A program made the translations under genes and the position numbers. The notes under the pieces were generated by a model. It was not told where the DNA came from, made no database searches, and saw nothing but the letters and a program-made list of their open reading frames with translations. Positions 9,556 to 19,498 of a stretch of DNA of 64,000 bases are shown here, piece by piece. The stretch is from Candidatus Obscuribacterales bacterium. Lineage in GTDB: Bacteria > Cyanobacteriota > Vampirovibrionia > Obscuribacterales > Obscuribacteraceae. The stretch is from NCBI GenBank assembly GCA_965228855.1, contig CBDDIJ010000005.1, positions 736,001-800,000 of the forward strand, read 5' to 3'. The stretch's first letter is position 1; each line of letters opens with the position of its first letter.

Positions 9556-11508
9556 ATGTCGAAAGTAGAAACACAGATTCAAGTCAAGCTGCCGGACGGC
9601 AACAGCAAAACTCTCGAGGCGGGGGCGACCGCTGCCGATCTCGCCAAAGCCATTGCCGAAGGTTTGTTCAGAAAATCTGTTGGAGCCGTCATAAATGGCG
9701 AACCGAAGGATCTTTACACCCCGCTCAAAGATGGCGACGAAGTCAAACTTCTAACGGCGGACACGGACGAATCTCTTGAATTCCTGCGCCATTCCACCGC
9801 TCACGTGATGGCTGAAGCGGTTCAATCCCTGTTTCCCAACGCCAAGATTGCGATTGGCCCGACGATTCAAGATGGTTTCTACTACGACTTCGAAATTGCC
9901 GATCACGCGCTCACACCTTCCGACCTTGAAGCCATCGAGAAAAAGATGACCGAGATCGCGAAGGAGAACCAGAGGATTGTTCGCTACGACATTCCGGACG
10001 TTGACGCGCAAATCAAAGAATTCGAGCAGCAAGGCGAAAAGTTCAAAGCTGAACTTTTGACCGAGCACCGCGACCACAACCCGACTTTGTACTTGATGCA
10101 AAACAAAGAAGGCAAGACGGTTTGGAACGATCTCTGCCGTGGTCCCCACCTTCCCGCGACCGGTTTCATCAAAGCATTCAAACTTCAAAAAGTTTCCGGT
10201 TCATACTGGCGAGCAGACGAAAATAAGGAAAAACTGCAACGCATTTATGCGACCTGCTTCTGGACAAAGAAAGATCTCGAAGAGCATCTCAAACGCCTGG
10301 AAGAAGCGGAAAAACGCGATCACAGAAAGCTGGCGAAACAACTCGATTTGTTCTCAGTCCACGAAGAAGTCGGACCCGGATTGATCTTCTGGCATCCAAA
10401 CCTCGCCACCGTGCGCGATACCATTGAAGAGTACTGGAGAAAAGAGCACAGACGCCGCGGCTACGATTTCGTTTACACCCCGCACATCGCTAACGAGTCG
10501 CTCTACAAAATCAGCGGTCACCTGGAAAACTACGCAGAAAATATGTACTCGCCGATGGACATCGACGGCGAAGACTACCGCTGCAAACCGATGAATTGCC
10601 CTGGTCACATTATGATCTATAAGAGCAAGTTGCGCAGTTACAGAGACCTGCCGCTGCGGTATGCGGAACTCGGAACGGTTTATCGCTATGAGCGTTCGGG
10701 AGTATTGCACGGCATGCTGCGCGTCCGTGGATTTACGCAGGACGACTCTCACATCTTCTGCACACCGGAACAACTGAAAGACGAAATCAACGGAATTCTC
10801 GATTTGATCGATTCTTTGATGACCACATTCGGTTACCGCTACAAAGCCTATCTTTCAACTCGTCCGGAAAAATATCTTGGCACCGATGAACAATGGGAGA
10901 TGGCGACCAACGGTTTAGAACAAGCGATGAAAGATCGCAACATGGACTACGAAGTCGATGAAGGTGGCGGCGTGTTCTACGCTCCGAAGATTGACATTAA
11001 ACTGTTTGACGCAATCGGCCGCGAGTGGCAAGGTCCGACGATTCAAGTCGACTTGAACCTGCCGAATAGATTCGATGTAACATACATCGGAGAAGACGGC
11101 AATCGTCACCAGGCGGTCATGGTGCACCGCGCCGTTCTGGGCTCGATGGAACGCTTCTGCGGCGGTTTGATCGAACACTACGCCGGTCGTTTCCCACTGT
11201 GGCTGGCACCAACCCAGGTGGCAGTATTGCCGATCTCTGATCGTCACCAGGAGAGAGCGAAAGAGCTCGCATTGGCTCTGCAGAAGAAAGAAATCCGCGC
11301 TCATCTCGATGACAGACCGGAAACCATCCAATACCGAATCCGTGACGCGCAGCTAGAGCAAACACCCTATATGCTCGTGATTGGCGATAAGGAATTGGAG
11401 GATAATGTGGTGGCAGTGCGCCACCGCCAGGGCGGTCAAGTCGGAACCATGAAGTTCGAAGAGTTCCTTGAAAAGATCGAAAAAGAGATCGAAACGAAAC
11501 AGCTCTAG
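9556..11508 (+). CDS. thrS: Threonine--tRNA ligase
   Basis: TGS domain, RHSTAHVMA, DLCRGPHL, RDHRKL, KPMNCPGH, RVRGFTQDD, anticodon-binding domain. AAGGAG RBS before ATG 9556. Confidence 0.98.
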   Translation: MSKVETQIQVKLPDGNSKTLEAGATAADLAKAIAEGLFRKSVGAVINGEPKDLYTPLKDGDEVKLLTADTDESLEFLRHSTAHVMAEAVQSLFPNAKIAIGPTIQDGFYYDFEIADHALTPSDLEAIEKKMTEIAKENQRIVRYDIPDVDAQIKEFEQQGEKFKAELLTEHRDHNPTLYLMQNKEGKTVWNDLCRGPHLPATGFIKAFKLQKVSGSYWRADENKEKLQRIYATCFWTKKDLEEHLKRLEEAEKRDHRKLAKQLDLFSVHEEVGPGLIFWHPNLATVRDTIEEYWRKEHRRRGYDFVYTPHIANESLYKISGHLENYAENMYSPMDIDGEDYRCKPMNCPGHIMIYKSKLRSYRDLPLRYAELGTVYRYERSGVLHGMLRVRGFTQDDSHIFCTPEQLKDEINGILDLIDSLMTTFGYRYKAYLSTRPEKYLGTDEQWEMATNGLEQAMKDRNMDYEVDEGGGVFYAPKIDIKLFDAIGREWQGPTIQVDLNLPNRFDVTYIGEDGNRHQAVMVHRAVLGSMERFCGGLIEHYAGRFPLWLAPTQVAVLPISDRHQERAKELALALQKKEIRAHLDDRPETIQYRIRDAQLEQTPYMLVIGDKELEDNVVAVRHRQGGQVGTMKFEEFLEKIEKEIETKQL

Positions 11509-11552
11509 GACTGCGTCTCCGGATCCACTATCCATGCAGACGGGCGACGCTC

Positions 11553-13400
11553 GTGAACACGGAAGCGACATACAATAATCCTGATGAGATCTTTCCGAGC
11601 GATCTGAAAGAGCGATATCATGATGCGCGCTTGATCGGAAAGGGCGGTATGGGGCGCGTGTTCAAGGCCAATGATGTGCGACTTCAACGGGACGTCGCCA
11701 TCAAGTTACTGCCGGCGAGTCACGAACGAGAGAATGCCGTTATTCGATTTCAACAAGAGGCGAAGGCGGTTTCGAAGCTCAACAATCCGCACATAGTCAA
11801 GGTTCAAGATTTCGGCTTCACGGAGGTCGAGCTTGAGCCTTTTCTAGTAATGGAGTTTATCGACGGGGTTAATCTCGCCGATTTCTTGGAGAAGAACGGA
11901 ACGCTTTCGCTGCGACGCGCAATCGAAATTGGAATCGAAGTATGCGAAGGCCTTTCGCATGCTCACAAAAATGGCGTCTTGCACCGCGATCTAAAGCCGG
12001 GAAATATCATGATTGATGCGAACAACTGCGTTCGAATTCTCGATTTCGGTCTCGCGAAAATTCTGAGAAAATCACAAGATGATACGGAACAGGCGCTGAC
12101 GAAACCCGGTCGCTTGATGGGAAGTGTTTTGTTCATGAGTCCCGAGCAGTTTGAAGGCAAGGAAGCAAGCGAGCTATCGGAGATATATTCGCTTGGTCTG
12201 GTACTCTTCAACCTCGTAACAGGGGAGATTCCAAACCAGGGCGAGAATCTGATGGCGTTTATGCGAAAGCGCAGAGAGGAAGCACCACATGCGCTACCAG
12301 AAACAATTCTAGATCCTCTCAGGGTTAACCTTAACCTCGTTCTTCAAACTGCACTCGCGACAGATTCGGCCAATCGTTTTAGTTCCATAGATGATCTTCA
12401 AAACGCGCTCAGGCACTGCTTGAGCGAGGAGACAAAAGCGGTTGACGCTTCGCACACAGATGTTCCGTCCGTGACAAAAACGGAGCGCAAGACGACTCTA
12501 CCTCCGTGGGCTGTAGCGACCGCAATTGCATTAATTGCAGTTGGCAGTTTTGCTATGTACAGCGTCACTAAAACACCGAATGACAGCCACTCCCGTGAGC
12601 AGAACAAACAACCCGGCGAATTGAAAGATGGCGGATTGCCACCAGGTTTTCTCAGTGAGCGAGATGAGAATGTGGACTGGTGGACAGGCACGACAGTAAA
12701 AGACGCGGACCTGGAAAAGCTGATAGGAAGCGATGTTCGCAACCTGAGCTTGCAGGGTAATACGATAATCACGGATGCCGGCTTGCACCGTATTCGCAAC
12801 CTGAAATTAGTAGCTCTGAACTTGCGCGACACAAAAATAAGTGATGCCAGTATACAAGACATCGACAATTTCAAACTCACCGCTTTGAACATCCGCAGCT
12901 CGAAAATCACTGAAGAAGGGATTCTTCGAATGACAGCGAATCCCAGTATGAAAGCGTTGGACCTGAAATATCTCCCGATATCAGACAGCGGTCTTGCTCA
13001 TATAGTGAGCATCTTTCCGAATTTAGAGAGCCTAAACGTCGGTTTCACAGGTGTGAATAAGGACGGTCAGCACCTCGAAATCTTGAGGAAACTGAAGCAT
13101 CTGAAACGCTTTTTCGCGGAGCAGATAAACATCAGGGATGCCGATGTCGACACGCTCGTATCATTGAAAATTGAGTCGATGGAGCTGGCGGCAAACCCGA
13201 TCACTCGCAAATCGATTGAAAAATTGCTTGAGTTACCGCGCCTCGATTTTCTGTCACTGGCGGGCTGCAAAGGAATCAGTGCCGAAGACGTGGCGAAACT
13301 AAAAAACAGATTTCCGGATATTACTTTGACGGAACCGGTTCACAAGAAAACCGTTGTAAATGACGATGTCACTGAAATGTTTAAGCAGACCGACCTGTAG
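11553..13400 (+). CDS. Hanks-type Ser/Thr protein kinase with TM helix and LRR ectodomain
   Basis: GKGGMG, VAIK, HRDLKPGN, DFG, SPE; TM AVATAIALIAVGSFAMY; then LxxLxLxxTxITDxG repeats. Confidence 0.92.
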   Translation: MNTEATYNNPDEIFPSDLKERYHDARLIGKGGMGRVFKANDVRLQRDVAIKLLPASHERENAVIRFQQEAKAVSKLNNPHIVKVQDFGFTEVELEPFLVMEFIDGVNLADFLEKNGTLSLRRAIEIGIEVCEGLSHAHKNGVLHRDLKPGNIMIDANNCVRILDFGLAKILRKSQDDTEQALTKPGRLMGSVLFMSPEQFEGKEASELSEIYSLGLVLFNLVTGEIPNQGENLMAFMRKRREEAPHALPETILDPLRVNLNLVLQTALATDSANRFSSIDDLQNALRHCLSEETKAVDASHTDVPSVTKTERKTTLPPWAVATAIALIAVGSFAMYSVTKTPNDSHSREQNKQPGELKDGGLPPGFLSERDENVDWWTGTTVKDADLEKLIGSDVRNLSLQGNTIITDAGLHRIRNLKLVALNLRDTKISDASIQDIDNFKLTALNIRSSKITEEGILRMTANPSMKALDLKYLPISDSGLAHIVSIFPNLESLNVGFTGVNKDGQHLEILRKLKHLKRFFAEQINIRDADVDTLVSLKIESMELAANPITRKSIEKLLELPRLDFLSLAGCKGISAEDVAKLKNRFPDITLTEPVHKKTVVNDDVTEMFKQTDL

Positions 13401-13542
13401 TTAAGGCACCACCAGTTCCCGTTCAATTGGGTCAGGGGCGGAGTGTGCAAATCCACTACGTGATAATCACATTGACTTTCTGTCTATAAAAATAGATATT
13501 GATCCCTACAACCGTTAAACCCCGGCTGGCGAAGGATTTTAC

Positions 13543-14856
13543 ATGGCAGGCGATTTACCGACCAGTACAAACAAAGAAACCGATGTCGCGCAGGCACAGC
13601 CACGAGGCGGCGGCAGCTTTGCAGATGAAATTTTGCGGGCGCCTGGTTCCGGTGATTCCAGACCAGCGGCGCCAGCACCGGCTGCCGACACCGCCGCAAA
13701 ACCGACGGACGCTAAACCGGCAGCACCCGCAGCAGTTACCGATACGGGCAGAGATGTCGTTTTAAAACTGAGCTACAACGACCCGAAGTTTGACGAGTCG
13801 ATCTGGAAAACCGTCAAATACAATGCAATCGAGATTTCAGATTTTCCCAAAGACGCACGTGTTCAGCACTGGGCAGACAAAGACGGCTACTTTTTCTATT
13901 TGACCGACGCCGCGGGCAAGATGATAGACAACAAGCTGCATCATTACCCGGGCAATGTCGCAAAGCTGATCATCAACGGAAACACTCAAGATTTGGTGAA
14001 AGAACGCCAAAAGGTTTCCGAAGCTATTGCCAGAAAAAATGACATCAACATCAAGGACGGCGTCCTGACTGTAGATGTGAAAGACGGCAAATTCGACGAG
14101 AAAGTGCATCGCGTCCGAACCATGGACACGATCAACCTGACCGGATTAGCTCCTGGAGCGAAGATTGCTCATGGAATGGATGGAAACGGTTTCTTCTTCG
14201 AAGTCGGCGATGGCAAAAAACACTATTATCCAACTAACGCTAAACAGCTCGCAGTCGACGGCAAGGTCACTATGGACCTGACCAAGACTCGCTATCAAGA
14301 CATCGAGTCATATTCGAACACGAGCTTCGGAGGCTTCAAAGACTACAGTCGTGGGCGGGATCCGATGACGAACGCTCAGCAGGTCATAAATTTCGCAGCC
14401 GGCATGGACAAGCAAGCCGGGCGGTCTCTGGACGTGCTCGACAAGGGACTTACCGAGGCGATTGCCTCGTCCGAGCATCATCCCTACTTCAAGTATTTGC
14501 TGGCAAACGTCAAACTGGCACAGGCGATGGGTGCAGTTAGAGAGCGAGTTCTCACGGGTCAGTCCATCAACCACCCGAGCGTTATAGATAAGCTCGACAA
14601 AGCAGATGAGCTGCTGGACCAGGTAATCAAAGAATCAGACGGACGCCTGCGCGTCATCGGCCGAGGCTTCCCGCGTCCCAACGCACCACTCATGCCGCTT
14701 GCGCCCTACGCGCCATATGACCCGCGTGACCCGAACGGTCTGTATTCCTTCTGGGGCGGGACCTATGACCAGGCTGGATTCATGAAGCCGGGCGTCAAAT
14801 TCATCAAAGGATTGGTGCAGAGCAACGTTCTCGCCTTACCGCCCGAAAGACCATAG
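13543..14856 (+). CDS. Hypothetical protein with Ala/Pro-rich N-terminus and duplicated ~80-aa domain
   Basis: 437-aa ORF with AAGGA RBS; internal duplication of aa ~72-155 and ~173-250. Confidence 0.75.
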   Translation: MAGDLPTSTNKETDVAQAQPRGGGSFADEILRAPGSGDSRPAAPAPAADTAAKPTDAKPAAPAAVTDTGRDVVLKLSYNDPKFDESIWKTVKYNAIEISDFPKDARVQHWADKDGYFFYLTDAAGKMIDNKLHHYPGNVAKLIINGNTQDLVKERQKVSEAIARKNDINIKDGVLTVDVKDGKFDEKVHRVRTMDTINLTGLAPGAKIAHGMDGNGFFFEVGDGKKHYYPTNAKQLAVDGKVTMDLTKTRYQDIESYSNTSFGGFKDYSRGRDPMTNAQQVINFAAGMDKQAGRSLDVLDKGLTEAIASSEHHPYFKYLLANVKLAQAMGAVRERVLTGQSINHPSVIDKLDKADELLDQVIKESDGRLRVIGRGFPRPNAPLMPLAPYAPYDPRDPNGLYSFWGGTYDQAGFMKPGVKFIKGLVQSNVLALPPERP

Positions 14857-14969
14857 CTGAAAGCTTCTCGCAGTAAAGGATTGTCAAAGTTTAGGCGCTG
14901 CTGCTTACCTTGCGGTTTTCAGTAGCCTTAAATATTTGCATCGATTAATGAAAGCGAAGGAGTCGCAAA

Positions 14970-15176
14970 ATGCCTAGTGTTTACAAGATGACCGAAATTG
15001 TTGGAACATCCAACAAGAGTTTCGCGGATGCCGCTCAGGAAGCAGTTAAGCGCGCATCGAAGAATCTGCGTGATTTGAAGTGGTTCGAAGTAACCGACAT
15101 GCGCGGAATGATCAACGAAGGACAGGTAGCCGAGTTTCAAGTAACTCTGAAGGTCGGGTTCAAACTGGAAGACTAA
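14970..15176 (+). CDS. Dodecin family flavin-binding protein
   Basis: VYKMTEIVGTS..SF..A...AV.RASK.LR.L.WFEV...RG.I..GQV.EFQVTLKVGF; AAGGAG RBS. Confidence 0.93.
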   Translation: MPSVYKMTEIVGTSNKSFADAAQEAVKRASKNLRDLKWFEVTDMRGMINEGQVAEFQVTLKVGFKLED

Positions 15177-15182
15177 GTTCCA

Positions 15183-15210
15183 AGAGGAGTCCGGCACGCC
15201 GAACTCCTCT
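15183..15210. terminator. Hairpin between convergent dodecin and upp genes, likely terminator
   Basis: AGAGGAGT(C)CGGC-AC-GCCG(A)ACTCCTCT inverted repeat. Confidence 0.55.
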
Positions 15211-15240
15211 CGAAAACTAGTGTTCTATTTCTGATTCGGA

Positions 15241-15879
15241 CTACGTACCGAAAATTCTATCGCCCGCGTCGCCCAGCCCTGGAACGATGTAACCATGCTC
15301 GTTGAGGTGGTCGTCCACGGCTGCCGTCGTAATCTTGACATTAGGGAAGGCTTTGTTGACCTTCTCTACCCCCTCCGGCGAGGCAACGAAGCTCACCAGG
15401 TGAATTGCTTTGACGTCCATTTTGTCGAACAATGAGATGGCAGCCACAGCCGATCCGCCAGTCGCCAGCATCGGATCGAGAATGAAAACTCGGCAATCCG
15501 GCGGAAGCGAATCAGGAAGCTTGGCGTAATAGGATTGAGCCTCAAGCGTCTTCTCATCGCGCTTCAAACCAATGTGATAGATACGGACGTTCGGGAAGAG
15601 CTCCTGAGCAGCATCAGCAAGCACCAGACCGGCTCTCAATACGGGAGCAAGAATTATGTAATCGGTCAAAACAACACCGGTGCCAGGTCCCACAGGCGTT
15701 TCGACTCCCACCTGACGAACGTTGAGGTCCTTTAGAGCCTCGTAGATAAGGAAGTAACTGAGACGCTGAGCCAGCGCGCGGAATTCCGGCGAAGGCGTTT
15801 GCAAGTCCCTCAGGCCCGTCAGAGTCTTCTGCACGAGCGGGTGATTGACGACGTGTACTTTGGTATCTGTGGCGACCAT
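15241..15879 (-). CDS. upp: Uracil phosphoribosyltransferase
   Basis: PVLRAGL, ILDPMLATGGS PRPP-binding loop, YIVPGLGDAGDRIFGT. Confidence 0.97.
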   Translation of the reverse strand: MVATDTKVHVVNHPLVQKTLTGLRDLQTPSPEFRALAQRLSYFLIYEALKDLNVRQVGVETPVGPGTGVVLTDYIILAPVLRAGLVLADAAQELFPNVRIYHIGLKRDEKTLEAQSYYAKLPDSLPPDCRVFILDPMLATGGSAVAAISLFDKMDVKAIHLVSFVASPEGVEKVNKAFPNVKITTAAVDDHLNEHGYIVPGLGDAGDRIFGT

Positions 15880-15922
15880 TGCATCCTCCCAAAAATGCCA
15901 GCGTTACTCGTGGCGCTCACCG

Positions 15923-17107
15923 CTATTGGCTAACGGGTGTTCCAACCAGTGAAACTGCCTCTTGCCTTGCCCAGCGATCAGCCTCAAGTATATCGTCTAG
16001 CGTGGGGTTGCTAGTAGCCTTGTGTCGCTCAAGGACGCGGATAATGTGGTCCGGAATAGTGTGAAATTTGATCGCGTCATTCAAGAAAGCCTCGACTATT
16101 ACCTCGTTTGCGGCATTCAAAACACAGGCGACGGTACTGGACTCGCAGGCGATTTCTTTAGCAATTTTCAGGCAACGAAACTTCTCATAGTCGGGTTTCT
16201 CGAACGTCAGTTTGGCAATCTCCGTCAGATCCAGACGGGGAACGCGACCGGACGGCACTCTGTCAGGATAAAACAGCGCATAGTGAATCGGAAGACGCAT
16301 GTCCGGGACACCCAGCTGACCGATGACGCTGCCGTCAACGAATTGCACTGCCGAATGCAAGATAGACTGAGGGTGAATAAGAACCTCTATTTTTTCAGCG
16401 GGTAAATCGAACAGCCAGTGCGCTTCTATAATTTCCAGGCCCTTGTTCATCATTGTGGCCGAGTCGATGGTTATTTTCTGCCCCATCGACCAGTTCGGAT
16501 GTTTCAGGGCATCGCCCCTGGTGGCATTTCTTATCTCATCTATCGACCAGGTTCTAAACGGTCCACCTGAACCGGTGAGCCAGATCGATTCAATGTCTCT
16601 AGTTGTGAAACCGGAGAGTGATTGAAAAATCGCTGAGTGTTCGCTGTCGACGGGCACGATTCTCGCATTGTGTTTCTTCGCTAAGGGCATTATGACGGAG
16701 CCTGCTGCAACAAGGGTTTCCTTGTTCGCCAGAGCGATTGTGGTGCCCCGTTTTATTGCTTCGTAAGTCGGTCTCACGCCAAGAAATCCGACAACGCCGG
16801 TCACCAGGGTGTCGATACCGTCGACAGTAGCAACTTCGACGAGACCTGCATCGCCCCACACGATGCGGGTCTTTGCAAGATTGTAGCCGCGCTGAGCGAG
16901 CCGTTCTTTCAAACTGACCGCATCATTCTCGGTTGGAACAGAGACAACCAGCGGTTTGAACTCGACGATTTGTTCAGCCAGATCGTCTAGAGAACGGGCA
17001 CCGGCAGCCAAGCCCAGGACGGAAATTTCCTCGGGATGCGCGCTGGCGATGTCGAGAGTCTGCTTGCCGATTGAGCCGGTAGAGCCGATTAAACTAATCT
17101 TTTTCAT
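15923..17107 (-). CDS. dxr: 1-deoxy-D-xylulose-5-phosphate reductoisomerase
   Basis: GSTGSIG, LANKE, PVDSEHSAI, HPNWSMG.KITIDSATMMNKGLE, NAANE. Start set at MKKISL. Confidence 0.97.
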   Translation of the reverse strand: MKKISLIGSTGSIGKQTLDIASAHPEEISVLGLAAGARSLDDLAEQIVEFKPLVVSVPTENDAVSLKERLAQRGYNLAKTRIVWGDAGLVEVATVDGIDTLVTGVVGFLGVRPTYEAIKRGTTIALANKETLVAAGSVIMPLAKKHNARIVPVDSEHSAIFQSLSGFTTRDIESIWLTGSGGPFRTWSIDEIRNATRGDALKHPNWSMGQKITIDSATMMNKGLEIIEAHWLFDLPAEKIEVLIHPQSILHSAVQFVDGSVIGQLGVPDMRLPIHYALFYPDRVPSGRVPRLDLTEIAKLTFEKPDYEKFRCLKIAKEIACESSTVACVLNAANEVIVEAFLNDAIKFHTIPDHIIRVLERHKATSNPTLDDILEADRWARQEAVSLVGTPVSQ

Positions 17108-17180
17108 TGTTTGGTGAGCGTCGAATAAGTCGGAACGGTTATTGTACCCAATACAAGTTGCAAGTAGAATACTTGCGATT

Positions 17181-17678
17181 ATGATTCCAAACCCATTCAA
17201 AATCGTTTTTGAAACCGCCAGCGCGATCACCGGAACAGCGCGCAATCTCTACACTTTGTTGTTCCTCACATTTCTATGCGTCCCTTCCTCGCTGATTTAT
17301 TGCGGACCGCGTTTCACTTCCGAGTCTGTAAATTGTTTGTTCTTTATTCTCTGGCTCTTAATACCGTTCCTCATGCTTGGAGCCGGAATGGCGGCGCTCT
17401 CGATCTGGCGAATCGTGGCAAGCACGGCATTTCTGGTGGCATGGGTGCCCGCTGTAGTCTTCTCATTTCCTATCTGGTTGCCCCTTATCGACGGTTTTTC
17501 CAAAAACTGCGATCCCGTTTTCCAGTTGATGGACGAGCAAACGCAACATGGCGGCGGCAAGACTCGACATTACAAACTCGAGGTCGCGAGATTGGCGATT
17601 CAAAAGGAAACTTTCGAAACGGACATCATTCCAGGTCTAAAATGGGTCGAAATTCGGGAACAACATATAGACAATTAG
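17181..17678 (+). CDS. Hypothetical membrane protein
   Basis: Three or four hydrophobic segments; start uncertain. Confidence 0.55.
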   Translation: MIPNPFKIVFETASAITGTARNLYTLLFLTFLCVPSSLIYCGPRFTSESVNCLFFILWLLIPFLMLGAGMAALSIWRIVASTAFLVAWVPAVVFSFPIWLPLIDGFSKNCDPVFQLMDEQTQHGGGKTRHYKLEVARLAIQKETFETDIIPGLKWVEIREQHIDN

Positions 17679-17764
17679 TTAATGCTGGCGACGTACAAAA
17701 GGCAAACGGATAGCCGTAACCTAACACCATATTCGGTGCTTCAAGAATTCTAAAAACAAGAGAG

Positions 17765-18268
17765 ATGCACGGCGGCGGAAACACACAGTGGATGGACGAT
17801 GAGCTGCGGCTGGCGACGCTGCAGATCTTGCTCGACCAACGCCGGATGCAAGGCGAGGAGGCTGGTGCATCCGAAAAGATGATCGCCTACATTCTGGAGA
17901 TCCAACGCTGCCCGCGGTTTAAATTGAATATGGATTTTTTGATGCAAAACGGTTTCATTGAAAAGGGAAATCGTGTGCTTAAGATTACACCGGCTGGATA
18001 CGATTTCCTGCTTGAACGTCTGGGCGGGTTGAAGCCGGAGGCTAGCTCGTTTCCGGTACTTGCTGCAATATTGAAGAAACTGGAAGGTTTAACACTGGAG
18101 GAATTGCAAGCAGTTTTTCCAGATAAAACGGCGACGGATCTGGAGTTTTCACTCTGGTATCTGACGGAGAAGAAATATATCGAGGAGCGCGAACAAAAGT
18201 TCAAAGCTACTATGTCAGGCTATACCTTGGGAAAACGATTCGGCACCACATTTGATGGCACTGTCTAA
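17765..18268 (+). CDS. Hypothetical protein with two winged-helix-like modules
   Basis: Repeated pattern F.L.(F/W)L...(G/K)(F/Y)IE......K.T..GY, occurring twice. Confidence 0.6.
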   Translation: MHGGGNTQWMDDELRLATLQILLDQRRMQGEEAGASEKMIAYILEIQRCPRFKLNMDFLMQNGFIEKGNRVLKITPAGYDFLLERLGGLKPEASSFPVLAAILKKLEGLTLEELQAVFPDKTATDLEFSLWYLTEKKYIEEREQKFKATMSGYTLGKRFGTTFDGTV

Positions 18269-18639
18269 AAACTCAAGAAGTGCCAGGCAAAACCAGCAGC
18301 AAACAGAAACGAGATAACTAAAAGACTAAACTTCCAGGAGCTGAAGCGGCGAATATCGAAAGGCGCCTCGAACAGTCTTTCTACGACGTAGCCGTCTGTG
18401 ACTCTCGCTCCCCAGTAAGAAGCTACCGACAGGCAAGTAAAGATAAGCCCTATCGAGATTACCCAGAGTCCCTGCATCATTGCTCCAAGCGCATATAGCG
18501 TTCCGAACAGCATGCCGATGCCCGCCACAAGTGACATCAACGCCACCGCGGCACAGACAGTGCACATAAGCATGAGAATGAAGTTGAGGGGTTTCCGGAT
18601 AATCGGATGCATAAACTCCAGCCTCTGCCCCTCTAACAC
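18265..18639 (-). CDS. Hypothetical membrane protein
   Basis: Three hydrophobic segments; convergent with 17765..18268. Confidence 0.6.
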   Translation of the reverse strand: MLEGQRLEFMHPIIRKPLNFILMLMCTVCAAVALMSLVAGIGMLFGTLYALGAMMQGLWVISIGLIFTCLSVASYWGARVTDGYVVERLFEAPFDIRRFSSWKFSLLVISFLFAAGFAWHFLSF

Positions 18640-18706
18640 AAAATCGCGTGACCGATTGAAATTTTGATTATACCCTTCCCCGCAACTGTTTATAGGCGTA
18701 CCTGCA

Positions 18707-18736
18707 TTGACATGCCAGTACCGGTACTGGTATGTT
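18707..18736 (+). promoter_or_regulatory. Sigma70-type promoter (TTGACA-18 nt-TATGTT, extended TG) with a perfect 16-bp palindrome in the spacer
   Basis: TTGACA 18707-18712; CCAGTACCGGTACTGG 18715-18730; TGgTATGTT 18728-18736; gene start at 18769. Confidence 0.7.
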
Positions 18737-18768
18737 GAAAATTCCCACCGCTGCTGGAGTCTCGTGCG

Positions 18769-19377
18769 ATGAAGAAAGCGAAAGAGCGCCAGATCACTTT
18801 CTACGCTGATCCGGACGTATTCGAATGGCTGAAGAAGCAGGAAAGCGTCACTCGCTATTTAAACGCCGCGATACGAGAAGCCATGCAGGCTGATGGCGCC
18901 GAGGCTGGCTCAACGAGCGAAGGCAAGCGTCTCTCAGGCATCGCTAACAATAACGCGATAAAGACGGTAGTGTCCGAGCTGGAGCAGATTCAGGAGGCGA
19001 TTTTCCGGTCGTATAAACGCCAGCAAGCGATGATTGGAGCACTGAGAACGCATCAAAAGCTCTTTGAAAAATCCGCTACGCTCTATCGCGAATTTGGCAG
19101 AATTAGAGACGAGGAAGTGCAGGTACCTGAGCCCGAGCCACACGACTTCACTGTTTCCAGCTACAACGAGCTGCTTTCGAATTCCGCCGACTCGATTCGC
19201 GCCATAATCGAATCTACTGAACTTGACCAGGCTAGCTTGATTGCTCAGAGTGGTATTAAGGAGCGCCTGATAGCCGCAATTGACTCTGATGGCACCAGCA
19301 AGCGCGACTCGGAACCGCCGGCACCCGCGCGGAGTTTCTCGCTCAACAAGCCCGCGGGCACTGAGGCGGGAAATTGA
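18769..19377 (+). CDS. Hypothetical protein with N-terminal ribbon-helix-helix (BrnA/CopG-like) DNA-binding domain and coiled coil
   Basis: RQITFYADPDVFEWLKKQ..VTRYLNAAIREAM fits the RHH pattern (alternating beta strand, two helices); GGAG RBS. Confidence 0.6.
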   Translation: MKKAKERQITFYADPDVFEWLKKQESVTRYLNAAIREAMQADGAEAGSTSEGKRLSGIANNNAIKTVVSELEQIQEAIFRSYKRQQAMIGALRTHQKLFEKSATLYREFGRIRDEEVQVPEPEPHDFTVSSYNELLSNSADSIRAIIESTELDQASLIAQSGIKERLIAAIDSDGTSKRDSEPPAPARSFSLNKPAGTEAGN

Positions 19378-19498
19378 ACAGGGAAATTTGTCAAAAAATC
19401 CTATAAAAGGAGGCTGAAACCGTTTGCGCTGTTTCCAGCCGCATATAATTAACGAAGGAGCTAATTCAGCCAAGGTATATCCCTCGCGAAAGGTTTTC

